Shown in pieces: positions 48,186 through 59,038 of a stretch of 64,000 nt of DNA (position 1 is the stretch's first letter; each line of letters begins with the position of its first letter). The notes below the pieces were generated by a model. It saw only the letters and a list, made by a program, of their open reading frames with translations, searched no databases and had not been told where the DNA came from. Source of the DNA: Actinomycetes bacterium (GTDB lineage Bacteria > Actinomycetota > Actinomycetes > Nanopelagicales > Nanopelagicaceae); NCBI GenBank assembly GCA_025360085.1, contig JANYCW010000014.1, positions 28,357-92,356 on the forward strand. The letters are read 5' to 3'. A program made the translations under genes and the position numbers.

Positions 48186-49154
48186 ATGACAAGTGACGCA
48201 GCCTCCATTCAAGCCCGCTTAATACGCGACCTTGAACCCGTTGTAGCAGTTGAACTTGATAGACATCTAGCGGTTCAAAAAAACTGGTATCCGCATGAAT
48301 ACGTCCCATGGTCGCAGGGTCGTAACTTTGCCGGTCCGCTTAACGGAGATGCATGGGAGGCCAAAGATTCACGGCTCACTCCCGTTGCCCAAGATTCGCT
48401 CGTTCTTAATCTCTTAACCGAAGATAATTTACCCAGTTACCACACTGAAATTGCCATTTCGATGGGTCGTGACGGTGCATGGGGAACGTGGATAGAACGG
48501 TGGACGGCTGAAGAGGCACGCCACAGCATTGTTATTCGCGATTACTTAATGGCCACTCGCGGCGTTGATCCTTATGAGCTTGAAGATTTACGCTTGGCGC
48601 ATATGTCATTGGGTTATCAAACTCCGTATGAGAACGACATGTTGCATACAATCGCCTACGTTTCTTTTCAAGAGCTTGCAACTCGTATTTCACATAGAAA
48701 CACCGGCAAGATTTCAAATGATCCGATTGCCGAAAATATGATGCAACGTGTGGCACTCGATGAAAATCTGCACATGCTTTTTTATCGCAACACACTGAGC
48801 GCAGCCCTTGATATGGAGCCAAATGCAGCAATGCGGGCAATTACCGATGTCGTGACTAACTTTGGCATGCCTGGAGCGAATATGCCGGGATTTGGTCGAA
48901 AGGCCGTGCAAATCGCACTAGCTGGAATTTATGACATGCAACTGCACCTAGATGAGGTCATAGCCCCGGTACTTCGTGCTTGGAAAGTTTTTGAGCGAAC
49001 AGATTTGTCTGATGATGGTCTGATTGCTCGCGATGAGTTGGCCCGCTTCTTGGATAAAACTGCCGCCGAGTCTGGTCGATTTAATGAAAAGCGCGAACTT
49101 CATTTTGAACGTTTAATTGCTCGCGGTCAAAGGCCAATTAGACTGACGAAATAA
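48186..49154 (+). CDS. Acyl-ACP desaturase (DesA1-type, soluble di-iron)
   Basis: TEDNLPSY, WTAEEARH (EExH), FQELATRISH and DENLH di-iron ligands. Confidence 0.93.
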   Translation: MTSDAASIQARLIRDLEPVVAVELDRHLAVQKNWYPHEYVPWSQGRNFAGPLNGDAWEAKDSRLTPVAQDSLVLNLLTEDNLPSYHTEIAISMGRDGAWGTWIERWTAEEARHSIVIRDYLMATRGVDPYELEDLRLAHMSLGYQTPYENDMLHTIAYVSFQELATRISHRNTGKISNDPIAENMMQRVALDENLHMLFYRNTLSAALDMEPNAAMRAITDVVTNFGMPGANMPGFGRKAVQIALAGIYDMQLHLDEVIAPVLRAWKVFERTDLSDDGLIARDELARFLDKTAAESGRFNEKRELHFERLIARGQRPIRLTK

Positions 49155-49188
49155 AGAAATAGATGAGCATTCACGGGTTAGGATCACA

Positions 49189-49977
49189 ATGAAAGAACTT
49201 GAGAATAAAATCGCATTAGTTACGGGTGCAGGCAGAGGTATCGGCCGCGCAATCACTCTGGCTTTGGCCAATGAAGGTGCCCAACTTATTCTTGCCGGCA
49301 GAGATATGCGCGCACTTAATGAAACTGCGGGTTTGATTGCCGAGCTACAAACCGGATTGCCGCCACTAGTCTGCTACCTAGACCTACTCGACCTCACGAC
49401 GATTCAAAGTTCGGTACAACTTTCATTACAGAGTTTTGGTCGGATAGATATCTTGGTACATAACAGTGGAATTACTGGAAAATCTGCCCCACTGTGGGAG
49501 TTAGATGAGGCCGAATGGGATGAAGGCATTGATACTAATTTAAAAGGTCCGTTTTTGCTTTCAAAGGCGGTAATCCCTTCAATGATCTCTCACAAATCTG
49601 GTTCCATTGTTTTTATTGGCTCCATAACCGGGAAGCGCCCTTTGATAAATCGAAGTGTGTACGCGGCCTCAAAATTGGGCATGGTGGGAATGATGCGCAC
49701 TTTAGCTTTGGAACTAGCAATGCATGGGGTTAAAGTAAATCTAATCTCACCTGGATTTGTTGCAGGCCCGCGATTAGATGGTGTTATTGCCAATGTTGCT
49801 ACAGTAGAAAAATCGACGCCCGAAGAGGTAGCAGCGCAGTGGCTTGAAATGGTGCCTATGGGCAGATTTGTCTCCCCAGAGGACATTGCACAAGGAGTCT
49901 TATTTTTTGCATCTAGTCGCTCTGCTTCCACGACAGGTGAGGATTTAAATATTTCGGGTGGGTTGGTGATGTATTAA
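49189..49977 (+). CDS. Short-chain dehydrogenase/reductase
   Basis: TGAGRGIG, HNSG, YAASK and SPGFV. Confidence 0.92.
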   Translation: MKELENKIALVTGAGRGIGRAITLALANEGAQLILAGRDMRALNETAGLIAELQTGLPPLVCYLDLLDLTTIQSSVQLSLQSFGRIDILVHNSGITGKSAPLWELDEAEWDEGIDTNLKGPFLLSKAVIPSMISHKSGSIVFIGSITGKRPLINRSVYAASKLGMVGMMRTLALELAMHGVKVNLISPGFVAGPRLDGVIANVATVEKSTPEEVAAQWLEMVPMGRFVSPEDIAQGVLFFASSRSASTTGEDLNISGGLVMY

Positions 49978-50714
49978 TGGAGGAGAAAATGAAACGCGTT
50001 ATTTTTATCGAGCACGACCACGTCAGCGCTGGCGGACCGATTTGGGCACAGTTTGAGCGACGTGGATTTAAAATCACACGATTTGTTATTGTTGATGAGG
50101 AAAATGCGAAGACCCCTAACGTAACGCCTATCTGGCCAGATTTGCTTAATTTTGATGTTGTTGTCGTGATGGGAGCTCCATATGCCGCTTACGACGATGA
50201 AGTGATTGGTAATTGGCTATTGCCACAAATTGAAAAAATGCGACAGGTCCACAACGCGGGTATCCCAGTTATGGGGATTTGTTTTGGCGGCCAACTTATG
50301 TCGCGAGTTTTAGGTGGAACGGTTTCTAGGTCACCGCGCGCAGAGTTAGGTTGGTTTGAGATTGAAAGTATTGATGAAACTCTGATTCCCCGCGGACCTT
50401 GGTTTCAATATCACTGGGACAGATTTACTTTTCCACCAGGATCAACACAAATCGCACGCAACGAACTCTGCCCACAGGCCTATGTTTACGGACGCACTCT
50501 GGGAGTGCAGTTTCACCCAGAGATCGATGGCGACATTTTGGATATGTGGTTGGCAATGGAGGGCGGTCATGCCGAAGCTGAATCTGAAGGAATTGTTGTC
50601 GAAGATTTGCGGATACAAACTAAGAATCTTGAAAAGGAAAGTAATCAGCGTGGCTATGACTTGGTCGATCAATTTCTCGATCGCATAGCAACCGCGCCGA
50701 TTCGCCTTATTTAA
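49977..50714 (+). CDS. Class I glutamine amidotransferase-like hydrolase
   Basis: GICFGGQ nucleophile elbow and VQFHPE; the Cys-His-Glu triad is intact. Confidence 0.9.
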   Translation: MEEKMKRVIFIEHDHVSAGGPIWAQFERRGFKITRFVIVDEENAKTPNVTPIWPDLLNFDVVVVMGAPYAAYDDEVIGNWLLPQIEKMRQVHNAGIPVMGICFGGQLMSRVLGGTVSRSPRAELGWFEIESIDETLIPRGPWFQYHWDRFTFPPGSTQIARNELCPQAYVYGRTLGVQFHPEIDGDILDMWLAMEGGHAEAESEGIVVEDLRIQTKNLEKESNQRGYDLVDQFLDRIATAPIRLI

Positions 50715-52069
50715 TCATGTGAGATAAAAACATTCTTAACTTCAGTAAATGAGTCGAGCGCATCTGGTCCGAGTTCACGGCCAAGTCCGGACTGCTTAAA
50801 TCCACCAAAGGGAGTCCAGAAGCGCACCGATGAGTTGGAGTTAACCGAAAGCGCGCCCGTATCAATTCCGTGAGATACGCGTAGTGCGCGCCCAACATCG
50901 CGCGTCCATATGGAACCTGATAATCCATATTCGCTGTCATTGGCCATTGCAATAGCTTCGGCCTCATCCTCAAATACCATGACAGAGACGACTGGGCCAA
51001 AGATTTCTTCGCGCCACGAACGTGCCTGTGTATTTTTAGGAAGTAGAACCGTTGGCGCCATCCAGTAACCAGCTCCGCTTGGCGCGCTACCCTTGAATGC
51101 GATTGGCTCATCTAAGAATGATTCAACAACATCTAACTGTTTTTTAGAGATGAGCGGCCCCATATCTGCAGTCGCAAGTTGTGGATCTTCAACGCGAAAT
51201 TTTTTTACCGCAACTTCGAAGTGTTCCATAAAGGAATCAAAAGCCGATTTTTGAACCAAGATACGCGATCTGGAACAGCAATCCTGCCCAGCGTTATCAA
51301 AGACGGCCCCAGGTGCACCTGCTGCAGCCTTAGCAATATCGGCATCGGCAAAGATGATGTTAGAGCTCTTGCCGCCAAGTTCTAGAGTAAGGCGCTTCAC
51401 CTGATCGGCGCAGCCAACCATGATTTGTTTGCCCACCGTTGTAGAGCCAGTAAAGACAACTTTGCGCACTAAGGGGTGTGTCACAAAGCGATTGCCAACA
51501 ACACTTCCCTTTCCAGGTAAGACGTTAAATACTCCATCTGGAATTCCGGCCAAAAGCGCTAATTCACCCAAACGAATGGCGGTCAGTGGCGTGTATTCGG
51601 CCGGCTTTAAAACAACGGTGTTTCCAGCAGCCAGTGCGGGGGCAAAACCCCAGCCAGCAATCGGCATCGGAAAGTTCCACGGCACGATGACACCAACAAC
51701 ACCGAGTGGCTCTTTAAAAGTGATATCGATACCACCGGGCACAGGAATCTGTCGGCCAAATAATCTTTCAGGGGCGGCTGCGTAATACATTAAAGTATTG
51801 GCGACGTTATCGGCCTCCCAGAGTGCATTGGAGCGGGTGTGGCCTGAGTTTGTGATCTCTAGTTGTGCTAACTCTTCACGGTGATCGCTGACTACCTGCG
51901 AAAAACTGCGCAACAAACGTGCACGCTCACCTGGTGTAACGTGTCGCCAACTCAAAAAAGCTTTCGCCGCTTTTTCTATTACATCATCGGTCGCCGCTAA
52001 ATCTAAGTGTGCGACATTTTTGACTACTTGTTCAGTGGCAGGATTAATTACATCATATGAAGTTGACAC
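50711..52069 (-). CDS. Aldehyde dehydrogenase (AldC/PuuC-like)
   Basis: [37 protein letters not shown] and [10 protein letters not shown]. Confidence 0.93.
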   Translation of the reverse strand: MSTSYDVINPATEQVVKNVAHLDLAATDDVIEKAAKAFLSWRHVTPGERARLLRSFSQVVSDHREELAQLEITNSGHTRSNALWEADNVANTLMYYAAAPERLFGRQIPVPGGIDITFKEPLGVVGVIVPWNFPMPIAGWGFAPALAAGNTVVLKPAEYTPLTAIRLGELALLAGIPDGVFNVLPGKGSVVGNRFVTHPLVRKVVFTGSTTVGKQIMVGCADQVKRLTLELGGKSSNIIFADADIAKAAAGAPGAVFDNAGQDCCSRSRILVQKSAFDSFMEHFEVAVKKFRVEDPQLATADMGPLISKKQLDVVESFLDEPIAFKGSAPSGAGYWMAPTVLLPKNTQARSWREEIFGPVVSVMVFEDEAEAIAMANDSEYGLSGSIWTRDVGRALRVSHGIDTGALSVNSNSSVRFWTPFGGFKQSGLGRELGPDALDSFTEVKNVFISHD

Positions 52070-52075
52070 GTCGAT

Positions 52076-53434
52076 TTAAAACCTTTCAAAGTTGCGGAAG
52101 AGCTCCCAATCGGTAATTGCCTTACCGTATGCCGAGATTTCAATCTTTGCCATATTGGCATAGTGCGCTTGGACTTCTGCACCAAAGACCTCTTTTATCC
52201 ATGCGCTATTTTCCCAAAGAGCTAGCGCTTCGGGCATTGACGATGGAATGCGAGCAGAGTCCGATTCATAGGCATTTCCTTGGAAGGCCGGCTCAAGTGC
52301 CATCTTGTTTTTAATTCCATCAAGTCCTGCTGCGATGACTCCAGATACGGCTAAGTAAGGGTTTACATCACCTCCTGCAACACGATTTTCTAAGCGAAGT
52401 GAGGGACCTTGTCCGACTAAGCGCAGCGCACACGTGCGGTTATCGCGTCCCCAGCGAATTGCAGTTGGAGCAAATGATCCAGGAACATATCGCTTATAGG
52501 AGTTGATATTAGGCGCAAAAAGTAGAGCTAGTTCACGCAAGTGTGTGATCTGACCGGCGATAAATTGTCGGCCTACATCACTTAACCCCTGCTCTGTGTC
52601 ATTTGGATCGGCCATCACCATCGACCCATCAAGGCCTCGAAAAGAGAGATGAATATGGGCCGAGTTGCCCTCTCTTTCATTGGGTTTTGCCATAAAGGTC
52701 AGGGCATAACCCGCATCCGATGCAATCTCTTTTGCACCGTTTTTATAAATGACATGGTTATCGCAGTTGGAGAGTGCGTCAGAGTATTTAAAAGCGATTT
52801 CATGTTGGCCAAAGTTACATTCACCTTTTACCGACTCAACAACCATTCCCGCTTTCGCCATTGATAAGCGAATCCGGCGCAAGAGCGGCTCAATTCGTGA
52901 ACCACCCATAATTGAATAATCGACGTTGTATTGATTCACTGGAATCAAATCTCGATATGACTTGTTCCACGCCTCTTCGTATGTATCTTTATAGACTACG
53001 AACTCGAGTTCAGTGCCACACATCGCCTCCATGCCTGCATCCTTTAGCGCCTTTACTTGTTTGCGAAGGATTTGACGTGGAGAGGCGACAACATCGCTGT
53101 GATCGAGCCATTGCACATCAGCTAAAACCAAAACCGCACCGGGCTGCCAATCAATTAACCGCAACGTATCCATGTCGGGCACTAGAGCAAAGTCACTATA
53201 ACCGCGCTCCCAAGAAGACATCTCATAACCTTGGACGGTGTTCATATCTACATCCACGGCTAGTAAGTAATTACATCCCTCAGTTCCGTGCTTTAGTACC
53301 TCGTCCAAGAAAAACTGGCCATGAATACGCTTACCCGTCAAACGTCCCTGCATATCGGTCATGGCTACAACGACGGTATCAATTGTTCCGTCCTCGACTT
53401 TATTTTTTAACTCTTCAATCGACATTGATTTCAT
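52076..53434 (-). CDS. glnA4: GlnA4-type gamma-glutamyl-amine ligase (GS-like)
   Basis: TDMQGRLTGKR, TEGCNYLLAVDVDMNTV...SSWERGYSDF and KGECNFGQHE. The flap reads PGSFAPT rather than PGYEAP. Confidence 0.85.
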   Translation of the reverse strand: MKSMSIEELKNKVEDGTIDTVVVAMTDMQGRLTGKRIHGQFFLDEVLKHGTEGCNYLLAVDVDMNTVQGYEMSSWERGYSDFALVPDMDTLRLIDWQPGAVLVLADVQWLDHSDVVASPRQILRKQVKALKDAGMEAMCGTELEFVVYKDTYEEAWNKSYRDLIPVNQYNVDYSIMGGSRIEPLLRRIRLSMAKAGMVVESVKGECNFGQHEIAFKYSDALSNCDNHVIYKNGAKEIASDAGYALTFMAKPNEREGNSAHIHLSFRGLDGSMVMADPNDTEQGLSDVGRQFIAGQITHLRELALLFAPNINSYKRYVPGSFAPTAIRWGRDNRTCALRLVGQGPSLRLENRVAGGDVNPYLAVSGVIAAGLDGIKNKMALEPAFQGNAYESDSARIPSSMPEALALWENSAWIKEVFGAEVQAHYANMAKIEISAYGKAITDWELFRNFERF

Positions 53435-53473
53435 TGGACGATGCTATCCATTTGTAATAAAAAAATCTACAAA

Positions 53474-53509
53474 GGAAAACCCTTGTCACCTAAGTGACAA
53501 GGGTTTTCC
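53474..53509 (-). terminator. 16-bp perfect hairpin after the APC permease
   Basis: GGAAAACCCTTGTCAC-N4-GTGACAAGGGTTTTCC, followed by T-rich sequence on the - strand. Confidence 0.8.
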
Positions 53510-53524
53510 AGCACTAGTGCTTTA

Positions 53525-55072
53525 TTATGTGTTGAGATTGCTTCGCGGACCCGTGAACCATTTCTTAGCCGACATACTCCACCAAGCCCAGAGGATTATT
53601 AATGCACCACCGGTAATAATTGGTGCATAATTTACCGCCGTCCAGGTAAAGTCTTTATGACCTGGTATACCAACAGGTGAGAATGGCAAGATAAAGTAGA
53701 CAGAGATGATTGCAATCTCTGCTACTGCAAGTGTGCACATCCACTTATATTTAGCGCCAAGTGTCCATGCCCCGACCTTAAATGAATCTCCAGCTTTGAG
53801 TCGAAGATAAATTGGAATCATGAATGCCAGGTACAAGGCGATTACAGCGACCGATACAACCGCATAGAAAGCAGTTGGAACGCCGGTTGGACTCTTCCAT
53901 AGAGCTGGAAGAGTCATTGCGATACCACCAATTGCCGATGCAATAACTGCATTTACTGGAACATGGTGAGAGTTAACTTTCTTCCAAAGTCTTCCCATTG
54001 GTACGGCACCATCACGTGAGAATGCGTACATCATACGTGAGCATGAGGTTAAACACGCAGTTACACAGAAGATTTGGCCGGCAGTTGTGATAATCATGAT
54101 GAGCTTAAATGAAGTACCACTACCTAGCGCGCTATAAAGTAGTGCGATGATCTGCCCTCCGCCGTAAGGGTTTACTGCAGGGTCAAAAGAGCTGATGTAA
54201 TCGGTATTAGTAGCTACGTATAAGAATGACATCAACAGGATATATCCACCGATTGCAGAGTAAGCAATTGATTTCCAAATTCCTTTGGCCGCTGAAATAT
54301 GGGCATCATGGGTCTCTTCAGATAAGTGCGCCGAAGCATCAAAGCCGGTAATCGTATATTGGGTTAGTAAGAAACCTAAAGGAAGAATAAAGTACCAGTA
54401 AGAGTTATCACTAAAACCTGAGTTATTGATTTTAGTTGTAAACATCCAGTTAAGCGTCTGATGTTTGTCAGTACCAAAAATCAAAATACCCACGATGATT
54501 ACAGCGCCAAAAACATGCCACCAAACCGAAATGTTATTGAACATTGATAGCAGAGGTCCACTATAAACATTTACTAACGTCGCAAAGAGAATAACAATAA
54601 GGAAGATAAAAAATTGCTGTTTAATGTAATCCCCGCCCATAAAACTTTTTGCATATCCTGGGGAATAGAGGCCGATCAGGTTATTAATAAAACCTGTCAC
54701 TCCGTATCCAACGGAGGCGGTGACAGCGACGAGGCCAATTAAGTTAAGCCAACCGGTGAAAAAGCCGGCCTTTGCGCCACCGAGCTTTGATGCCCACCAG
54801 TAAATTCCGCCTGACGTAGGGTATGCCGAAGCGAGCTCTGACATACAAAATCCGATAATCAGAATGAATAGTGAGATGAGGGGCCAACCAATAGAGATTG
54901 CTACAGGTCCGCCGTAATTCCAAGCCTGAGCAAAGGTTGTGAAGCAACCTGCCAGGATCGAGATAATAGAAAAGGAGATTGCGAAGTTAGAAAAGGATGA
55001 CCACGTTCGATTTAACTCCTGCTTGTATCCAAGTTCTGCTAATCGTTTCTCGTCTGCGTCGTTAATTGCCAA
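53525..55072 (-). CDS. APC-family amino acid/amine permease (GABA/polyamine permease-like)
   Basis: ELNRTWSSFSNFAISFSIIS, PTSGGIYWWA, TGFDASAHLSEET and SRMMYAFSRDG. TTG 55072 follows the SD AAGGAGG. Confidence 0.92.
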   Translation of the reverse strand: MAINDADEKRLAELGYKQELNRTWSSFSNFAISFSIISILAGCFTTFAQAWNYGGPVAISIGWPLISLFILIIGFCMSELASAYPTSGGIYWWASKLGGAKAGFFTGWLNLIGLVAVTASVGYGVTGFINNLIGLYSPGYAKSFMGGDYIKQQFFIFLIVILFATLVNVYSGPLLSMFNNISVWWHVFGAVIIVGILIFGTDKHQTLNWMFTTKINNSGFSDNSYWYFILPLGFLLTQYTITGFDASAHLSEETHDAHISAAKGIWKSIAYSAIGGYILLMSFLYVATNTDYISSFDPAVNPYGGGQIIALLYSALGSGTSFKLIMIITTAGQIFCVTACLTSCSRMMYAFSRDGAVPMGRLWKKVNSHHVPVNAVIASAIGGIAMTLPALWKSPTGVPTAFYAVVSVAVIALYLAFMIPIYLRLKAGDSFKVGAWTLGAKYKWMCTLAVAEIAIISVYFILPFSPVGIPGHKDFTWTAVNYAPIITGGALIILWAWWSMSAKKWFTGPRSNLNT

Positions 55073-55149
55073 GATGTACTCCTCCTTGAGCCTCTGGGGT
55101 AGCATTTCTACCTCGTAGTGTGACTTAAGCGAAAGGGATTTAGGTAAAT

Positions 55150-55893
55150 ATGTGCCGATTAATGGGCTACGTGTCGCCGAGCAGGACCTCATTTCCAGCA
55201 CTTGTTGGAGATCAATTTTCAGATTTTGTCGCTCTCTCATCCGTCCACTGCGATGGGTGGGGTTTATCGACGGTGGATCAAGGTGGCGGCCATAACGTTG
55301 TAGAGAAGAGGGTTGAATCTGCCGTTCAAAGCAGTACGTTCAATAAAGCAATGGCCGATAACGCTGCCGATGGCGCACTTCTGCATCTTCGCTGGGCTAC
55401 AAAGGGGTTATCCAATAGCGAAAACAATACCCATCCATTCACGTATGGCGAGTATTCCTTTATTCATAATGGCTCGATTTTCCCGCCCGAGGCAGTTACT
55501 GCATTTATCGACCCAAAATTTAACTCTTTGATCGTTGGAGACACCGACAGCGAACGTTATTTCTATTTAGTAATGACTGAGGTCGAAAAGTTAGGACTGA
55601 CAGAGGGTTTAAAGCATGCTTTAAAATTAATTAAAGCGCACGGCGAGACGACAAGTTTAAACTGCATGCTTATGAATCGCGATTTCTTTATCACTCTGAG
55701 CGAGCACAACGCTATGAAGAAACCCGAGTGGGCACCTGATGATTATTATGAGATTAAATATTTACCGACCCCAGATGGCCTCTTATTTGCCTCGAGTGGC
55801 TGGAATCAACCTGGCTGGACCTTGCTGGAAAATCACCATATGGCCCTTGTTAACCGTTCAACCTTTGAGATTGAAATCTTGGCGCTTACCTAA
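55150..55893 (+). CDS. Class II (Ntn) glutamine amidotransferase, EgtC-like
   Basis: N-terminal MCRL, HCDGWG, HLRWAT, NTHPF, HNG and TDSE. Confidence 0.9.
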   Translation: MCRLMGYVSPSRTSFPALVGDQFSDFVALSSVHCDGWGLSTVDQGGGHNVVEKRVESAVQSSTFNKAMADNAADGALLHLRWATKGLSNSENNTHPFTYGEYSFIHNGSIFPPEAVTAFIDPKFNSLIVGDTDSERYFYLVMTEVEKLGLTEGLKHALKLIKAHGETTSLNCMLMNRDFFITLSEHNAMKKPEWAPDDYYEIKYLPTPDGLLFASSGWNQPGWTLLENHHMALVNRSTFEIEILALT

Positions 55894-55911
55894 AGGCTCT
55901 ACGATAGGCAT

Positions 55912-57333
55912 ATGAACCGTACCTATACAGTCCAAACGTATGGCTGTCAGATGAATGTTCATGACTCCGAACGAATCGCAGGCTTACTCGATGCTGCCGG
56001 CTACATTCCGGCGCTCATCGGGGAGCAAGCCGATATCGTTGTTTTTAATACGTGTGCAGTTCGCGAAAACGCCGATAACAAACTGTATGGAAATCTCTCT
56101 TTTCTCGCACCCATTAAGAAATTAAACCCAAAGATGCAGATTGCTGTGGGTGGATGCTTGGCCCAAAAAGATCAAGCGATGATCATAGAAAAAGCACCCT
56201 ACGTTGATGTCGTTTTTGGTACGCACAATGTTGGCTCGCTTCCAGTTTTACTTGAGCGCGCGCGCATCGAAGAAGAGTCACAGATAGAAATCCTCGAGGC
56301 CCTCGAGCACTTCCCATCTACGCTGCCGGCTCGTCGTTTGTCGGCATTTTCATCGTGGGTTTCGGTCTCGGTGGGCTGCAATAACACCTGCACATTTTGT
56401 ATCGTGCCTACCCTGCGCGGCATAGAAAAAGATAGATCGTCCAAGGAGATTCTTGCCGAAATACGTGCACTCGTTGATCAAGGGGTCATTGAGATAACGC
56501 TTTTGGGCCAGAATGTAAACGCCTATGGGGTCGATTTTGGGGATAGTGCGGCATTTGCGACATTGTTACGTGAATGCGGGAGAGTCGAAGGTCTCGAACG
56601 CGTGCGCTTTATGTCACCACATCCGCGCGATTTCACCGATGATGTGATTGATGCAATGGCGCAGACGCACAATGTGATGCCGCACTTGCACATGCCGCTT
56701 CAGTCGGGTTCGAACCCAATTTTGCAAGCAATGCGTCGTTCCTATCGCACCGATAGATATTTAGGAATTCTTGAGCGAGTACGAAAAGCTATTCCGCATG
56801 CCTCGATTACTACTGACATCATCGTTGGTTTTCCTGGAGAAACAGAAGTCGATTTTCAAGCCACGTTAGATTTATGTACTCACGCTCGTTTTGCCGCCGC
56901 TTACACATATCAATATTCGATTCGTCCAGGAACCCCGGCGGCAACGATGCCCAATCAAATCGCAAGTCACATCGTGGGGGAGCGTTATACACGCCTTCAC
57001 AATCATCAACAGTTGATTTCTCTCTCCGTTAATGAAGAGGCTGTTGGCAAAAGCGTAAAAGTTCTCGTTGGTGAGTATGAGGGTCGCAGAGATAGTGTGA
57101 AGGCACGACTTACGGGGAGAAGTGAAGATTTTCGACTTGTTCACTTTGATAATACGACGCTCGTTCGTCCCGGAGATGAAGTAGAAGTGCTCATCACAGA
57201 TGCGTCTGCACATTATTTGATTGGAACACCGGGAACTGTTCGTGCAACCCGTGGCGGAGATGCGCATGAGGCTCGAAATAAAGAAGCTGTGAAAAGTTCT
57301 ACAATGCTGGGAATGCCGACAATCTCTCGATGA
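55912..57333 (+). CDS. miaB: tRNA-2-methylthio-N6-dimethylallyladenosine synthase
   Basis: [19 protein letters not shown], radical [12 protein letters not shown] and a TRAM domain. Confidence 0.97.
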   Translation: MNRTYTVQTYGCQMNVHDSERIAGLLDAAGYIPALIGEQADIVVFNTCAVRENADNKLYGNLSFLAPIKKLNPKMQIAVGGCLAQKDQAMIIEKAPYVDVVFGTHNVGSLPVLLERARIEEESQIEILEALEHFPSTLPARRLSAFSSWVSVSVGCNNTCTFCIVPTLRGIEKDRSSKEILAEIRALVDQGVIEITLLGQNVNAYGVDFGDSAAFATLLRECGRVEGLERVRFMSPHPRDFTDDVIDAMAQTHNVMPHLHMPLQSGSNPILQAMRRSYRTDRYLGILERVRKAIPHASITTDIIVGFPGETEVDFQATLDLCTHARFAAAYTYQYSIRPGTPAATMPNQIASHIVGERYTRLHNHQQLISLSVNEEAVGKSVKVLVGEYEGRRDSVKARLTGRSEDFRLVHFDNTTLVRPGDEVEVLITDASAHYLIGTPGTVRATRGGDAHEARNKEAVKSSTMLGMPTISR

Positions 57334-58244
57334 GCGTAATCGTTGTTTGCGGTGCAACGGCTACCGGCAAAAGCAATCTGGCAATAGCAGTGGCGCAACA
57401 CTTAAATGGCGAAATTGTAAATGCGGATTCCATGCAAATTTATCGTGGAATGGATATCGGAACGGCCAAATTGTCTATCGATGAACGCCAAGGTATTCGT
57501 CATCACCTTTTGGATGTACTCGATATTAATCAGGATGCAACCGTGGCTTGGTATCAAGAGCTGGCACGTGCTGCGATTGCCGATATCGAATCTCGAGGCA
57601 AATGTGCAATAGTGGTGGGAGGTACCGGCCTCTACATTAAATCAATTTTAGATGAGTTGAACTTTCCAGATACAAATCCGGTGATTCGTGAAAAACTTGA
57701 AAAAGAGTTGAAGGATTTCGGGATAGATACACTTTTTCAACGCTTAGAAAAGTTAGATCCAGCCGCCGCACTTGCTATTGATCGCGAAAATGCACGCCGA
57801 GTGGTCCGCGCCTTGGAAGTCATTGAGATAACGGGCCAACCATTTACGGCAAATCTTCCACGAGAGGCGAGCACACGCTATCCCGATGCACAGCAGTTCG
57901 GATTGGTTATGGATCGAGAAAAATTAAGTGAACGAATTCATGAACGGGTAGATCAGATGTGGGAGCAAGGCTTTGTTGATGAAGTTGATCGGCTGCTGGA
58001 GGAGGGAATTACCGGGTCCCGCACGGCTCAACTCGCACTTGGATATTCCCAGATAATCGCTTACCGAAAAGGTCTAATGAGCGAGGAGGCCGCCCGCGAG
58101 GACACCAAACGTGCGACTCGCCAATATGCAAGACGCCAAGAGGTTTGGTTCTCGCGCGATCAACGCATCACGTGGATTTCACCTATTCAGCCGAGCTTTG
58201 AGGTTCTACTGGCGCACCTAGAGAGGGTAAAGTTCGGACAATGA
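57330..58244 (+). CDS. miaA: tRNA dimethylallyltransferase
   Basis: [29 protein letters not shown] and YARRQ. Confidence 0.96.
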   Translation: MSVIVVCGATATGKSNLAIAVAQHLNGEIVNADSMQIYRGMDIGTAKLSIDERQGIRHHLLDVLDINQDATVAWYQELARAAIADIESRGKCAIVVGGTGLYIKSILDELNFPDTNPVIREKLEKELKDFGIDTLFQRLEKLDPAAALAIDRENARRVVRALEVIEITGQPFTANLPREASTRYPDAQQFGLVMDREKLSERIHERVDQMWEQGFVDEVDRLLEEGITGSRTAQLALGYSQIIAYRKGLMSEEAAREDTKRATRQYARRQEVWFSRDQRITWISPIQPSFEVLLAHLERVKFGQ

Positions 58245-59038
58245 TTGCAACATATGGTCACGGCACCGAAAATGACTTTGTGCTCGTATTTGACCCAGAG
58301 GATAATCACTCGATAACAACGTTAGAAACGGCCGCCATTTGCAATCGAACAACTGGAATTGGTGCCGATGGATTGATTCGCATTGTAAAGCGTGATGGGA
58401 AATGGTTTATGGATTACCGTAACTCAGATGGCTCGATTGCCGAAATGTGTGGAAACGGCATCCGTGTCATGGCGCGCTATCTTGTCGAACGCGGACATAT
58501 TCCAGAGGGAATCTTTGCAATTAATACGCATGATGGCTTAAAGCATCTGCGGGTTCCGTTCGTGGGGGATATTTCAGTAAATATGGGTCAAGTAAGTGAT
58601 GAAGCCGAAGCAATAACTGCCGCAACGAATGGCCATGTGTGGAATGGTTACAACATTAGCGTCGGTAATCCTCATGCAGTTGTCTTCGTCGATGACATCA
58701 ATGATGTTGGTCCATTAAACGAGCCACCCGTCGTGCGACCACGTGCTTCATATCCCGATGGAGTTAATGTGGAGTTCGCCGAAATAACCGGGGATCATGA
58801 ACTCTCCATTCGAGTGTATGAACGAGGAAGCGGTGAGACGCGCTCGTGTGGAACTGGCACCTGCGCAGTAGCTTTCGCAGCCGCCTTGCATATTAAAGAG
58901 CGATTGCCAAGTACATGGGTGATAAAGCCACCCGGCGGGCGTTTAGAAGTCACCATCGATTCACACGCCAACGCCACGTTAACGGGTCCTGCAGTTTTAG
59001 TCAGAGATGTCGATATCACGGAGTTCCTACTTGCCTAA
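58241..59038 (+). CDS. dapF: Diaminopimelate epimerase
   Basis: GHGTENDF, AEMCGNGIR, GNPHAV and ERGSGETRSCGTG. Confidence 0.96.
   Translation: MIATYGHGTENDFVLVFDPEDNHSITTLETAAICNRTTGIGADGLIRIVKRDGKWFMDYRNSDGSIAEMCGNGIRVMARYLVERGHIPEGIFAINTHDGLKHLRVPFVGDISVNMGQVSDEAEAITAATNGHVWNGYNISVGNPHAVVFVDDINDVGPLNEPPVVRPRASYPDGVNVEFAEITGDHELSIRVYERGSGETRSCGTGTCAVAFAAALHIKERLPSTWVIKPPGGRLEVTIDSHANATLTGPAVLVRDVDITEFLLA

Noticed and set aside
55073-55240. Longer starts for the APC permease (55240, 55105)
   Set aside because: The 55240 start overlaps the divergent GATase; a strong SD AAGGAGG sits 6 nt before TTG 55072.
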